From NCBI GenBank assembly GCA_030295235.1, contig AP026123.1, positions 1,178,001 to 1,242,000 of the forward strand: a stretch of 64,000 nt of DNA, given 5' to 3'. The notes beneath the pieces were generated by a model, which was not told where the DNA came from, made no database searches, and saw nothing but the letters and a program-made list of their open reading frames with translations. Made by a program: the position numbers and the translations under genes. This document shows, piece by piece, positions 12,173-25,766 of this stretch (the stretch's first letter is position 1; every line of letters starts with the position of its first letter). Source of the DNA: Fistulifera solaris. Lineage: Eukaryota.

Positions 12173-13219
12173 TCAATCAACTTTGAATTCTTGAAGTGCC
12201 TTGAAATACTCTTCGTCGATCTTGCCTTCGCCGTCCTCTCCGTCTTCAGGATCATATGTTACTCTGGGTTGATATGCTGGATAGTCTCGCCAGCTCATAG
12301 CATCCTCGACTCGCGCTTCATTCCAGGGTATGGATACTAAAATGTCTCGAAGACTCCGTTCGACAATGTCAAGACAAAAAACTGCTTCATATGGTTCCAG
12401 TACTCCCAGCATGAATTGCAGCTCGTCCAGTGCCTCTTGGGCATCCGCCAACGCCCCACAATGTCTCCACGCGCAGGATCCCCAATCAAAGCCTACGATA
12501 CCTTCCCCTGATTCTCGAATTAATGGCGCATCGATCGATCGTCGCAGGAAGCTAGCGGCCGGTTCCAGCTGAGTCAATGGCTCGGAGACAAGTTGAAGGC
12601 GAACCGATTCCCATTGGTAGTCGTCTGCCAAGCCTTTTAATCTCGTCACACACTTCAAACATTCTAGCACAGTGCTGATTGCCTGTTGTTGATCCATCGC
12701 TGTTGATACACTGCCTCGCCACCGACGAACTCTCTCTTGTCGATGCGTCAACATAACTTCGTTGTAAGAAAGAATTCGATCATTGAGCTCATCTGGGTGA
12801 CGGAGACCTTCGCGTTCTTCGCGTCCGAAGCCCAGTCCATGAATGGTATGCGCCCCGAAAGTTTGTTCCCATTCTTGCGATGTTCTCTGTCTAGATGGTA
12901 AGACATTTGTGCAGAGCACATCTTCCCAGGAAATGAATAATAAAGCCAGCAATGTAGATTGGAGTATAAACAATGGCAACGGCGCGATGAATTTGACCCG
13001 GTGAATGAACTTGGAAGTCTCCGGAGCAGTTCGTCCAGTTACCTGGGGTGATCGTTCTTCGGTAAACGAAGATTTTGAGAAATACATAGATCGTATTTTT
13101 CTTCGCAATTGCGGAGACGCCAACGTGAGGCCCCATTGAAATGATGCTTCGACCGAGGGAACTGTTGATGATAGCAGCGTTGCGCTTACACTACAACACA
13201 GCACTTGACTCATCCGCAT
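12173..13219 (-). CDS. Hypothetical protein, probable plastid-targeted
   Basis: 348-aa ORF; N-terminal hydrophobic stretch ending VEA-SF followed by a basic, Ser-rich segment. Confidence 0.65.
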   Translation of the reverse strand: MRMSQVLCCSVSATLLSSTVPSVEASFQWGLTLASPQLRRKIRSMYFSKSSFTEERSPQVTGRTAPETSKFIHRVKFIAPLPLFILQSTLLALLFISWEDVLCTNVLPSRQRTSQEWEQTFGAHTIHGLGFGREEREGLRHPDELNDRILSYNEVMLTHRQERVRRWRGSVSTAMDQQQAISTVLECLKCVTRLKGLADDYQWESVRLQLVSEPLTQLEPAASFLRRSIDAPLIRESGEGIVGFDWGSCAWRHCGALADAQEALDELQFMLGVLEPYEAVFCLDIVERSLRDILVSIPWNEARVEDAMSWRDYPAYQPRVTYDPEDGEDGEGKIDEEYFKALQEFKVD

Positions 13220-13628
13220 CTTCGGGCAATCAATGAACCTAACCAGAGTTAATGTCGGTGGCAGTGCTCATTAAATACTGCATGGTAAATGACGACTGAG
13301 ATACGGAATGATAAAAGAAATGCAGCAAAGTTTTTTTGTCATCCGCGCAGCATGCATTTCTCCAATGGGGTTAGAGGTTGGAGGTCCGAGTCGTCGTCGT
13401 AGGTCTGCAGGAATCTGGAATCTTGATCGCTGAAACTATCGGGAGAGAAACGACACTACTTCCTTTAAGATAGTCGCACCTCCCCCCTCAACCTCAACGG
13501 ATTGAAACGTAGCAGGCGAACAACACGAGCACTTGCATTTGTTATGTTCATTGTCATCTTGCATCTATCTATTGATTCCAGTTCTCCCTTTCCATTTTGT
13601 AAAAAGCTATCACCTGATACAGAGAAGC

Positions 13629-16600
13629 ATGAAGACTCACCTGTCGCATATCATGCCGGTTTGGCGAGCCAGCGAGATATTGACGCGTCCCATCGTGCAC
13701 CGCATCGTCCGCACTTTGCTCAGTCTCCGCCGCAACTCGAATCCCAACCATCCAGAGGATCTAACCGGCGAATTAGAAAACTTAGTTGATGCATTGTTCT
13801 TCAAACCTTTGCATGAGATTGTTTCTTCGCCGCTGGCGGGTGAGTCTCCCGTTCCGCCGGGGATCGAGGGGCCATGAACAAGTGGTTGAAAACAAGACAA
13901 TTAGCACTCGATAAGGCAACACTGATTCAGTTCCTTGTACCGACGAATGTACAGCCGCATTCGGGATCTTCGGGTCATATGGGACTCTTTGACTGCTTTG
14001 TTTACACTTTACAAGGACACTCGCCGTCATCTTCTTCCCTCCCTATTATGGGGGAGCGACGGGTCAACTGGTTCTCCTTCCGGATGTTTTAATCTATTTG
14101 GCAGTTTGCAAGCAGTATAGAGACTTTCAAAACGAACAAGTCCGCATTCGAGCGCAAGCGAAGGATATGAAAGACGGAGAGAGAGTGGCGAGTGGTGACC
14201 ATGACAAAATTATCGTCACCATGTCGTTACTTGCCTACAGGATGTACGATAGCTATCAAAAGAAAGGGAATGTTGCTCGAGACACCGTTCATCGGTATAT
14301 GACAGATGTGCATGGCGAAAATTCGTACAAAGAACCGAAAGCGCAAGCGCTGCTGGATCAGATTTTCGACGATACGATACACGCCGCGGGATGGTTGCAA
14401 AAATCGATTTCGGAGTCAACTTTTTGTGCCAGGATTCTTTCGACGCACATTGGGCGACCTCATTTGTTACTGGATTGGATGGCGAATTTGGCGTGTGCTA
14501 TGATTCCTCCGACAGAAGATATACCGCTATCGATTTCCGCGTTTTTAGAGACGATGGAACAAAAGCCACGTTCCCTGTGTGATATATACTCGTTGGCAGA
14601 CAACCGGATCTTTGAAATCAAACGACGATTTCACTCGATGGTACAAAGCAAGTCGGAAGTCATTCATGGTGATCCGATGGGCTCGGCCGCTGATTGCAAT
14701 GAAAATGGACCGTCGTCGATGTCACTTGAACAGCCGCCGGAGAGTTTAAACCAGCCTAAGCAAGGCATTTCAATGAAAGCCTTTTGTAGAGCCTTGTCTT
14801 CAGAGAATGAAGAGCTGGGACATGGAGGATACATGCAAGAATCTCTCGCAAAACTAGTTTTCGCAGGCGTGGCCTCCACTAGCAGTTCCGAGCAGAGTGG
14901 ATATGACGTAGATACGGAAGGCAAAATTTCTTACCTGACGCTTTTCGATGTTTTGAAGTTTGGTTGCACTGCTGTTCGAAAGAATAAAAGCATGGATGAG
15001 AGCATGGATCTTCCACTTTTACGGTTTCTATACCGCGTTTTTCAGCACGACGAAAGTAGCGGTAACAGTTCTCCATGGGTTGTCTCCGATGGGGGCAGTC
15101 CGACCGATTCGAAAGGTGTAATGACCAGGTTTCATGTTGCCCGGATGCTTGTGGAATTGATGGATCTTTCTGACTTTCGGCTCGAACGTGATAGTCCAAG
15201 GGACATTGACTCATCTCCGGAAGACAACATTAAAATAGTCAGGTCATTAAAAGATCCGCTTGAGGAGTCAATAATCGACGTCGAAGAATGTGTTTTGCAG
15301 GGTTTGATGCCTCCTACGGAAAGCGAGACGAGCACCGTCACGTTAAGGGAAATTGTTGATATCGTGTTGAACGACACTACTGTACCCAACGAAATGAACT
15401 TTGATGAATTTTGCAAATGGAACGAAACGCGATTTTCGGAGAAAGGACCGCCTTCTCGCTTAGGGCAACTCATGCTAGAACTGCGCATAGTGGCTGGGGT
15501 TCTTTTCGGCATTCCCCCAACTCTTGCATCAATGGAAATTGCCCTGATTTCTGAATTGGAAAGGCGGCATCGAAGTAGATATCCTCAGACCGAAGTATCA
15601 CGTCGCGGTCCTCGAGGGACTGTTTGGAATATCATTGATTCCGCTTGGTTTGGAGATTGGACCAATTTGATAAAGCAGGCATCTGGGACGCCTGCTGATG
15701 GCAATGATGGAAGGGGTGTCAAGGACAGTGCTCTCGTAAGAGGCCTACGCCGAATAAGTAATACCGGTCTGTTATCAGAAAATGGTAGTTTGGCTCTACG
15801 CTCGGATATTCGATGGAAGCACGATTATGACATTTTGCCGCCGATGTCTTGGTCTGCGCTCCAAGCGTGGTACGATGGAGGTCCGCCAATTCATCGTACG
15901 GTAGTCAAATACATATCAAGCTCTGGGACAGCTTCTCCGCATGCGAAAACGCCGAGAATTATGACGGAGAATGAAATCGAGCTGCATCCGCTTTTCATTT
16001 CCATATACATGTGCGATGCAGCTTCTAGAGGCGAAGCTCGACCATTTCAACAAAATTATCAGGTCAGCAGGGTTAGTCCGGTGGGAGTGCTCTTGGTTCA
16101 GCTTTGTCGTGAGCTTGAAATAGATCTTTCATCTGCGAGAATTTGGATGTTAAGTATCGAGCCTGGCGCAGTCGAAGAGAAAGGCGGCAGCCCCGATTGG
16201 ATACTTGATCTTGATTCCAGTATTTCTGACCAGCGTAAGAAGCGTGGCACTACCGATAGCTCAAAGATGTCTCTTCTTTTAGAGGTGAAAGATGACAAGA
16301 CAGGGCTCTGGCCACGTGGTATTGATGGGAAGGAGTGGGCGTTTAAGAAAAGGCCGGAGGAGGACCGCGTTGTTCCCGAAATTGGGGACGGAGTTGTTGG
16401 ATTATATAATATGGGGTAAGTGCGACCGTGGATTCGATAAAATGCACTTTGAGTGGTCACTTCTAATCCGGCTACTTTTTCTCGATTGCAGCAACACGTG
16501 CTATTTGAACTCTCCAATACAGTGCATAAGCCACACGCCCATATTTCGGGAGTATTTCACATCGAGGGCATATCTTAAGGACATTAACACAACAAACCCT

Positions 16601-18908
16601 CTCGGATACGAAGGGCATCTGGCGCAAGTAACCGCAATTCTAATTAACTCGTTGTGGAAGCGCTTTGGTAACCAGTTGTCTACGACAGGTCACATGAAGC
16701 GTATTACAACACCAGGATCGTACGCTCCGGTGAACTCGCCTGCTTTAACACCCAAAACCTTCAGAGATTCGCTTGCGAAATTCAACGACCACTTTCAAGG
16801 TAACGAACAGCATGATGCACAAGAGTTCTTAACGTTTCTTCTGGGTGGTCTATCAGAGGACCTGAACCGCATTGTGGAAAAACCATACATAGAAGCTCCT
16901 GATTCAGATGGACGACCAGATAGCGAGCTGGCTGATATATGGTGGGCAAATCATTTGAAGAGAGAAATGTCAATTATTGTTGCCTTTTTCACAGGCCAGT
17001 TTAAAAGTCTGCTCACATGTCGTTCTTGCCTGTACGAAAGCGCAAGATTTGAACCATATCTATATTTACAACTACCCTTACCTGAAGACGATCATCTTGC
17101 GGTTTCACTTATTCTTTATGCGAGACGAGGCGGGGGAGAGCCGATGAAATATTGTGTAAGGGTCCATGTAGATGGGACTCTCGGAGACGTTTTGATAGCA
17201 TTGGCAAAGGTGCTTGTTGACGAAGAGATAGAAGAGGCAGCCATCTCAAATGAAAAGTCGGAGAAAGCTGTTGTTGATATTGAGCAGGTCTACCAAGACA
17301 GGGCAGGTGACCTCGCTGTGGTTGATATGAAGGATTGCTACATATCGAAAATTGCTCCGGTAAGTTTCGCTCGTGACGTAAAAATTTTGTAGTTATCTAT
17401 TCTCATGTCTTATTTCAATCTTATAGAAATCGTGGGCACTTCGCGATCTTCAAAACAAGGATTCTGGTGATTTACCGTTGCTTCATATTTTTGAGTTAGA
17501 TCCAATTTCGAGCTCCGGCGCTGGAGGAGCAACAGAGGATCAAGTTTTGGATAAAGGGAGCGGAAACGAACTGAATGACGGCGAAACGAATCATGCACAA
17601 AAGAACGTGGCATTCTTGGCAGTATCTCAACGAAGATCCGAGCTTATTACACATGACCACTTGCACCCACTTGGTCACCGTTTAATTGGAGTCCCTCTGT
17701 TGATTCGCGTGAACAATTTTAGCTCTTGTACAGGAGGTGCTCTTTACGACATCATAGCTCGCAAGCTTAGGGACTTCGTACCAAAGTCCGCCCTTCGGTT
17801 TCTTTCAGAGAGCGCTATGAAGTCAGAGACCCAACATGTGGACGAGTCGGTAACAGCAGAAACAAGGACGTACACGGATACGGAAGAAGTGTCTGGTGGA
17901 CCCGTTCCTCGGTACGGATTTCGTTTACGAATAACAACAAGAGATGGGAAACGATGCCCAAGTTGCCCTTGGTATGAATGCTGCATTGGTTGTTTGATTC
18001 ATGACAACGATAAGACAACTGACGTCATGGATGGTGATAGCATTGCAGTTGACTGGCATTTTGCCGTCGATGTAGCGACATCAGGGTTTGGTATGAGGCC
18101 CTATGCAGGAGATCCTGTCGTGAGTCAGACTCAACCAGCACGTGCCAGGCAAGCTATGTTTAATTTCAAAAGTCACAGGTCTTGTGGAACCGGCGAAAGA
18201 AAGGGTATGCATGCGGGCTCTGTCACGCTGGAAGATTGTCTCGATGCATTTGCTAAAGAGGAGAAAATTCCTGAGGCTTACTGCTCGAGATGTAAAGACT
18301 TCAGAGTACAGACGAAACGTATGAGCTTGTGGCGCCTTCCTCCAGTTGTCATTATCCATCTGAAACGTTTCCAATTCACACAGCATATGCGGAGAAAGCT
18401 TCGTGACCTGGTTGTATTTCCAATCGAAGGTCTTGATCTGTCTCGCATTATGGCAGAAGAATCGATTGGATCGACCAAAAGCGAGAAAGATACACCAGTA
18501 AACTCAAATGGTGCCTTAAAATCAGAGTCAGCTGGAGAGAAACAGGTTGACGAAGATGTTGACGAGCCAAGCGAAACGCAGTCCATCAAAGACGATGGTC
18601 GATCTGAGAAACTTTATGACTTGTACGGAGTAGTTCATCATCAAGGTGCACTATCTGGTGGTCATTACGTTGCGTCCCTTAAATCAGAGATTGACGGGCA
18701 GTGGCGACTGTACAACGACGCTCAAATTTATGAAATTCACGCTAGAGACGTTGTCGATTCGAGCGCGTATATTTTGTTTTACATGCGAAGGGATGTTCGA
18801 AATGCAAAACTTTCCGATTTCTGGGACGTCCGTGATGGTGCTGGTGTCAGCGAGGAAGAAATCGACAAGATGATGAAAGACAAGGCCGGCCGTTGTGTCA
18901 TTAGTTAA
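13629..18908 (+). CDS. Large ubiquitin-specific protease (DUSP + USP; USP32/USP15-like)
   Basis: DUSP (IIDSAWF...ISNTGLL...WSALQAWYDGGPPIHR), Cys box GLYNMG/NTCYLNS split by intron ~16416-16490, QHDAQEFL, His box HHQGALSGGHYVA. Intron ~17360-17425; frameshifts near 13860 and 14090. Confidence 0.9.
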
Positions 18909-18994
18909 AGGTACATAACGGTTCTAAAAGCTTGTCTTTAACTTTAGCGTGCCCTATTAGCTCTTTATGAAAAAGGAAAGCAACTCATACTCTG

Positions 18995-20034
18995 TCATAT
19001 ACCAATGCTCTGCAATAAGTCTTCCCACCACCATAAAAGACGTGATGTGAGCAATGGACGTTCCAATTCCTCTTCAAAAATTAAATACTCTTCCTCTTCC
19101 GCGTTACCGGCTCCACCTCGAATGCGTTTCCTACGTTTGATATCGGGAAAGACAGATAAAAAGTGATTCCCTGCCACCATTTGCTCACCTGGCTGAATGT
19201 CAGGAAAACGAGAGTCGGCCGACAGAATGTGAAGCGCTCTTTTCCATCAAACCTTGGTGAACCGAAGCAAGCCATCCGTTTCAAAATAAATGTAGGTTTC
19301 TTTGGCTGATCTGTAGCATCTTCTGCGCCCGGGCTTTCCATCGCAAGTTCGTACACATGAATCGGTCGCTGTAGGATGTTACTCAAAGCGACAATTTCGG
19401 GCCCACCGCCCCTTCCAGCATGGGTCAGTTTCCATGAGTTGCAAGAGCTCAATAATAACAGCGCGTTCAAGTACCTACCACACACAATCCTCTTCCATCG
19501 TTGCACAATATTCTTCCGGAGTCAGATCATACTGTTGTGCAGCTGAAGTGACTAATTCGATTGCGCGCATGGACTCTTTTCCCTGCAGAAACAATTTTCG
19601 CTTGTTCTGTCGTAAACACGCTACCGCCTTGGCTCGTAGGCTTCGCGAATGCTCGTACAACTCATCCAGACGATTGGGCATATCCCAATGAGTCCCATTT
19701 ACAGCATGTTGTAAACACAGACTGAGCGAATGAAACAAGCAGTTCCCATCACCGGGCACTTGTCGAATCTGGCAGGGATGGTTCGTGTGATAGACGGTAC
19801 GCATAGGAAACTCTTCTTCCCAATCGCCCTTCTTACGACGGAAAAGTCCCTTCAAAAATCCTTTTTCATCAATGAGAGCACTCGGATTCCATGGAAGTTG
19901 ATCTACATTATTATTTCTTCGGCGCGATGATGGGGAGAACGCATGTTGTTGTGACGATCGGGGAGACCGTTCCGACTGAACGCAATCGGAAGCGCCGCAG
20001 CTGCCAGGATCAAGTGCAAAAGCTTTTTCATCAT
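18995..20034 (-). CDS. OTU-domain deubiquitinase with putative N-terminal signal peptide
   Basis: PGDGNCLFHS Cys motif, WGGGPEIVALS after splicing an intron at ~19412-19478, GNHF His motif; frameshifts near 19935-19965 and 19235. Confidence 0.85.
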
Positions 20035-20525
20035 GATGAAGAGTTACAGTCAACGTGTGTCTCGGCAAGAGAATTGCATTAGGGTGTCATCAAACAAATC
20101 GCAAAATGATGCTGTCGTTGAAAAACAGCCAACACCTACTTCCACGGGACACGTTCGTGACTCGTGACTCGGATTCGGATGGGGAGGTTTATTTCACTCA
20201 CTCTGCACTATCACCTATGAAGTAGTATTCCAAAGACTATACACATATCTAAAAATATTGTATTTTCCGTTGTTGATATTTTTAGAAGGCACTTCGAATG
20301 ATGTTATGTATGTGGTGAGTGGTGTGTGGTGAGTGGTGAGTGCCGAAAGGCGATGATACAAGAAAGTAGTACCTGGTACGGCAACCATTGTTTTTACGGC
20401 GTGCAACCAAGAGATAAGCGTGCAATGGGAAAGAAAACCGAATGAATGCAATCTGACATCAGACGTCTGGAATACTTTGCGATTAAACGCAAGCAATCTT
20501 TTTTACCATTTCATTGCTTATCGCA

Positions 20526-23500
20526 ATGTCAACAGCTAAGAAAGGCATCATGGACCCAGAAAAGCACGCCGACGACATATATGCTCCTGAATGGATCATG
20601 AAAGGCTCCGCTTCTCGGAAGCGAGGGGAATCGTCCGCTTCCGTTTTCGATCCTTTGGGAACTCCGAACACGCATTTAGAGCACTTGTCCGACTCAGTAT
20701 CCGCTTTGGTTTTCTCTTATCTGTCGCTGGGGGAAATTGTTCAGCTCAGTCTCGTTTCAAAGTGCTTGCGGAAGGCTACTCGATCTCAGGAACTTTGGAA
20801 GCATCTTATGACGTATCGATGGAATATATCGAAGCAAAGCGATCAAGGCATCTCCGACTATTACACTGCATACCGCAACGCACATTCAAATCCTCATGAT
20901 CTGTGGGTCACACATTGGAATATCTCCTTTCCTTGCGATGGTGTCGCTCCCGGACGATGTTGTATACCTGAGGAACGAAACTTAAAGCGCCGTCGACGAA
21001 AGAAAAAAGACGGCTGCGACGATCCCTTGAAATCGTGTCCTCGTTGTCGAAATTGGAAAGATCTTGATAACCTCGTTAGCAAGAATTCCATAATTACGAA
21101 AAGCACACCACGCGAAGCGATGGCGATCGCAACTGGGTGTACACGTCAAAAATGCTGGCAACCTCCTTCGCAACTGGAGGAAGGCATGTCACCCGATGCT
21201 GCTATACAAGCCTTCGCGTGTGCTGGGACTTTTCACCGGAAATTGAAAACCGATCAGTACAGATCGGACTCAACGAGCTTCTTGACGGATTTGCTTTTCT
21301 TTAACATTACTGATCCAGCCACGGAAGCGGGACAATGGGAACTCAATCAATTACTTCAAGAGGCCCTGAGTGATACGATGAATCATGGTATCGATAGGAG
21401 ACCGACAAGTGATGCGTTGCACGAGACATCCCATCATTCGTGGCACATATGCCGCTTGTCGAATCCCGACTTTTACCGTCCCCTTGTCTTCCAGACTGGA
21501 ATCCAAAGGCCAGAATGTTTCGCGGTGTATCCTTCCGAAGGTTACATTGAACCCGGAGAATCTATTTTTCTAACAGTGGGTATTCGCCCTTTGGGCAGTG
21601 CGTTGGCTTATGCATTCGACGCTTTAAATGTTCAACGCGAAGGCCTGAACGCCGCATGGGCTGACTTATACACAGAAGAGGCGCATTTGCCTATGGCACC
21701 CATTTTAATTCGTTACGCGCATGCAGCTGTTCATCCCTGTAAGGCTGATCCTCTGTATGATCCTTTTCGTCGGCAGCCCTACGAGGAACGGTCACACGAT
21801 GTCGAAAGCACAATAATGAAGAGCAACAAAGGTTCACAACTCGATTACTACTGGAAACAGTTGACAGCTCTCCAAGATTTCAGAAGCATCCGTCTTTCAG
21901 TCCACGTTCATTCTCATTACAGCTACAGTGACTTCGCGAGGGCTACATGCCAACCTTGGAGTCGGGAAACATACAATTCTGGACCTCTGTTCAATTCACC
22001 TGAGTTGCGAGAGCACTATTTGGAAACGTACTCGAAACTCAACAATCCTCCTGGTGACTTTGAATGTTCTGCCGATGGTTCCATGCAGTATCAAGTGGAT
22101 CCATTTCGCAGCGAAGAACCTTGTCTCGATTGCGGGCAAACGTGGGGACTTCGAGAAGAGGAGCTCGCACATGCATTTTTCGTCCATTTCAATGATGCCG
22201 TGCACTTCATTGAAAATCGACGTTTCATTTTGCGTAATTCGTTACGGTGTCTTGTTCGGATGTCGGAGGGCGATGGTGTACTGGGCAAGGCAGCGCGTCA
22301 TTCACAGCTTCTAATTGCCATAACCAATGTGCTGTACAGCATTAAAGCCGCGCCGTGGTCTACCAAACAACAAAAACAAAAGGTGCTGCAGATTGAAGCA
22401 ATTGTTGATAGTACGTATAGACAGATTCGGGTTGGGGCTACTGAGGATTGGCCTACTTGGCGCAACGCGGGAGTTTATCGATTTGCCCTTTGCACGGACT
22501 CCGTGTTTCAAGGTCCGAATCTTGAGCATCATAGTATCGATACCGAATTCAAGGATGAGCCTGACTATCTCGATGCCTTTCGGCACTTGGCACACAGGTG
22601 AGTGTTTTGAGACATTAAGTTTTCTGATGACCGGTTCTTTCTCCATGAAAGCGTCTCACGTCTAATTGCAGTCCGGGTCACTTTTGTTTAGGTCCGCAGG
22701 AAGATCCCAATCATCTCTCGGAAGCTGTTGTTGCTTCATCCAGGAAGTACAGTAGGATACAGAAAGGCCCCGCAACAGATGTTTTCATGGATAACCCCGT
22801 TTTTGCCTTTCAAGTAGGAATTTGCATGATCAGAGATCCGAGGTCGCTCTTAGTGCACGGTATATATGATCGAATCAAATATCCGGGGACTGTGGTGCGG
22901 CGCCCAAGATTGTCTTGCGTGAAAAACGAAAAGCCGAGAGTGATCGCAACAACTTCGTTTGCTCGTCTTCAACCTTTTCAGAAACAAAGTTAAATTACTT
23001 TTGCCTTCAGGAATACCTGGACCAAAATACAATCTGCATGAAGGATGAGGAGTTAACTTATCGAGCTAGATCTCTCGTTATCTACGAGGACGGAATACCG
23101 CCACCAGGAGTGGGTCGATTTCCTCTCAGTCAGAGATCACCCAGCTTAGCAACAGTTTTAAGTGATCCGATTTCTTTAAATATCGACGATGACAAAGAAG
23201 TCGGCAACTTACCCCTACAAGGTCCTGGAGAGACCCGTGCTGCCGCTCGTGCAGCACCAGTGCGAGAACCAATTGTGTTTGTGAATGACCGAGGTCCGCA
23301 GATCTTTCGACTTCTATGGGTCCTTGGTGCTCAGCTGGGCTTAGCAGTTATAGATAGTCCTGAAGACGCATCTGTTTTCGTTGACCGTAATATACTCATT
23401 GCATCCCAATGGGTGAGTATATCGCTGATGGCAGCTCCTCTCTTTTGGACGCTATGTGCACGCTTTTTCCAATTTATACCATCGCAACCTATAAATTATT

Positions 23501-24566
23501 CACTCGAAGATTTGCCATTTCAGCTTCCAAACAAAATGAGGTTTCTCACAGAGAAGGAATGCGGTTGCTTTGCTCTGATTCTTTTACTTGTTTGGCTCGC
23601 GCTCGGTAGATGGACCGAACGTCATGTAGGACGAGATTTCTTTCGCAGTATGCTTGAGCACGTGACACCACATGCAACGAATACGAAAAGTTTCACTCGG
23701 TTACAACGCTGGCGATTCCGCGTACTTGATTCCCTGCAACGTTGCTGGGACTGCTGCTGTCCTTTGTTTCTGCAGCGTCAAGTCTTTGCTCCGCACTGGA
23801 ACAGGCGATCCAGGGACGATCTTTGGAAACACATCGCTTTTTGGAAAAGTCTTCAAGTAGAAGAGAAAAGAAGATATACCCGGCCAAGTAGTCGGAACGG
23901 AGACATGTTCGAAATCGGTGAAAACGAAGTTTGTGAAATTGGTTGGAATGATTCTTCCAGCGTCAAAGTCGCTCTCGGACTGATAGTGGCCATTGGAAGT
24001 TTCTGTTCCAGTTCTCCTCATTTTTGGTTGAACTTGGTGACAATTTTTTCGTGCAGCATCAGTTTGGGGATGAGTATTTCTCTTCACTCTATGGAGAAGG
24101 GGAGACCAGGAGTCAATGTGAATAATACTGACTCCCTTCTCAAGTCCGTCAATCTTGCAACAGTCGTCATCTTGGCGTTTCTCTTAGGACAGCTAGTCGG
24201 AAGTTCGGGTGGGACTTTGTTTCTTGCTGAGTTTGTTGTCACATCGATCAGTTTGATTCTTGGAGGAGCAGGGACAATATCGACTGGTGCAATGGAGTCT
24301 TGGGGCTGCTTCTTTGCCTATCCTCCACTGCCTTTTGGGGATATTTGTTCGGCAGAGTTGCCTTGATGGACGGCGTCAGACAAAAGCGAGGCGGATACTC
24401 CTCTATTCTTTTGTCGAAAGCGGTTCTATTTCTTTTTCTGTTCTGGGGTTTGATTTTTTGCTTGACGAACTTTCCTTCCCCAGTCAGCCTGATGATAGTA
24501 GTACCACAGATGCCAGCCGAAACAAAACATGCGCGGGACAAACTGTCAGCAAAGCTACTGCAGTAA
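20526..24566 (+). CDS. F-box + MSP-like domain + multi-pass membrane protein
   Basis: F-box LEHLSDSVSALVFSYLSLGEIVQLSLVSKCL...LW; MSP-like RLSNPD...LVFQT...VYPSEGYIEPGESIFLTV; several C-terminal TM helices. Intron ~22598-22670; frameshifts near 22915 and 24312. Confidence 0.75.
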
Positions 24567-24653
24567 GTCAGTTAAGTCCGTAGTATTGAAATTTAATTGA
24601 CAAACACGAATTATACGCTAAAGATGCTAAACGCTACTGCTTCGGACAAATCG

Positions 24654-25766
24654 TTACAGAAAATAATCAGGTGGAGGATTTTTGATAGGCACTCCTCTGG
24701 CTTTCCTGCGGAGCAGCATCGAATATTTTGAAGCTCCGCTCCAAATTTTCATCCAACTCTAGAATGGCCGCAACATTTCCACAGCGGTAACAGTAATTCG
24801 GTGCACTCCATACCGTGACAAGAGCATCATTGAACATGGACTTGTGTCCTTCCATTACCAGCTGATGGGCTCGAGCGATCAACTCAAGATCATTTCGTTC
24901 GTTGAACATGGCCACAATATCTCCACCAAACAAATATCCCGCTCCTCGGGGTGATAAGCCCCAGCCTTCCAAATCTTCCGGATCACTCCACATGAGATCA
25001 CACATCGCGCCATCATGCGGTACTTCCTGTTTCCGATCAATGACTCGAATCTGATCCAGAGTATTGATGCTGGGACTGAGGCCTCCGTGAACGGTGAAAA
25101 TTTTGTCTTCGATAATGGCCGAGAGCGACAAGTAATCGAATATTTCCGTGCAATATCGCCATACGTTGACCGAACCATATTTCCTGAGACACTCGTCATA
25201 AAATCCATATACTTGAGTAATTTGTCGCGATTCGTGATTGCCTCGGATCAGCGTGATACGGTCGGGATACCTAACTTTCAACGCCAGAAGTAACAGGAAG
25301 GTTTCCACCGAGTAATAGCCCCGATCGACAAAGTCTCCAAGGAAAAGGTAATTCTTGTCGGGACACTCGCCCCCGACTTTGAAGAGTTCCACCAAGTCAT
25401 AGAACTGTCCGTGAATATCACCGCAGATCTGTAAAGGGTAATATGAGTATTTGTCTGTCAGTTAAGATAACCATTTGTGTGACATACCGTGACCGGGGCA
25501 TCGACGCGTTGTACATTGCTCTCGTCCACCAGAATTTCTCTGGCTCTCAGACAGAGCGCTTTCACTTCTCCCTCTCGCAAATACTCGCACCGTTTCAGTC
25601 GTTCAATCTGTTCGTCGAGACAGGAATTTCCCTGCACCGTCGTGAGACCGCTCGCGGTAATATTGGTCGTCCACTGCGACGGCGGAGTCGTAAGAATGGG
25701 ATTTTGCTCGGGCATGAGCGTTGCCGTGTCTGCTGCACTCATCGTTGTATCGTATTGTTGTATCAA
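24654..25766 (-). CDS. PPP4C: Ser/Thr protein phosphatase 4 catalytic subunit
   Basis: GDIHGQ, GDFVDRG, RGNHE, SAPNYC; PP4-type [18 protein letters not shown]-terminal PPPDYFL* is recovered by removing one A near 24712; intron ~25430-25487. Confidence 0.92.

Noticed and set aside
20195..20345. Foldback/MITE around the 11-bp inverted repeat TCTAAAAATAT
   Set aside because: The stem is AT-rich, the outer arms are low-complexity, and no TSD is evident.
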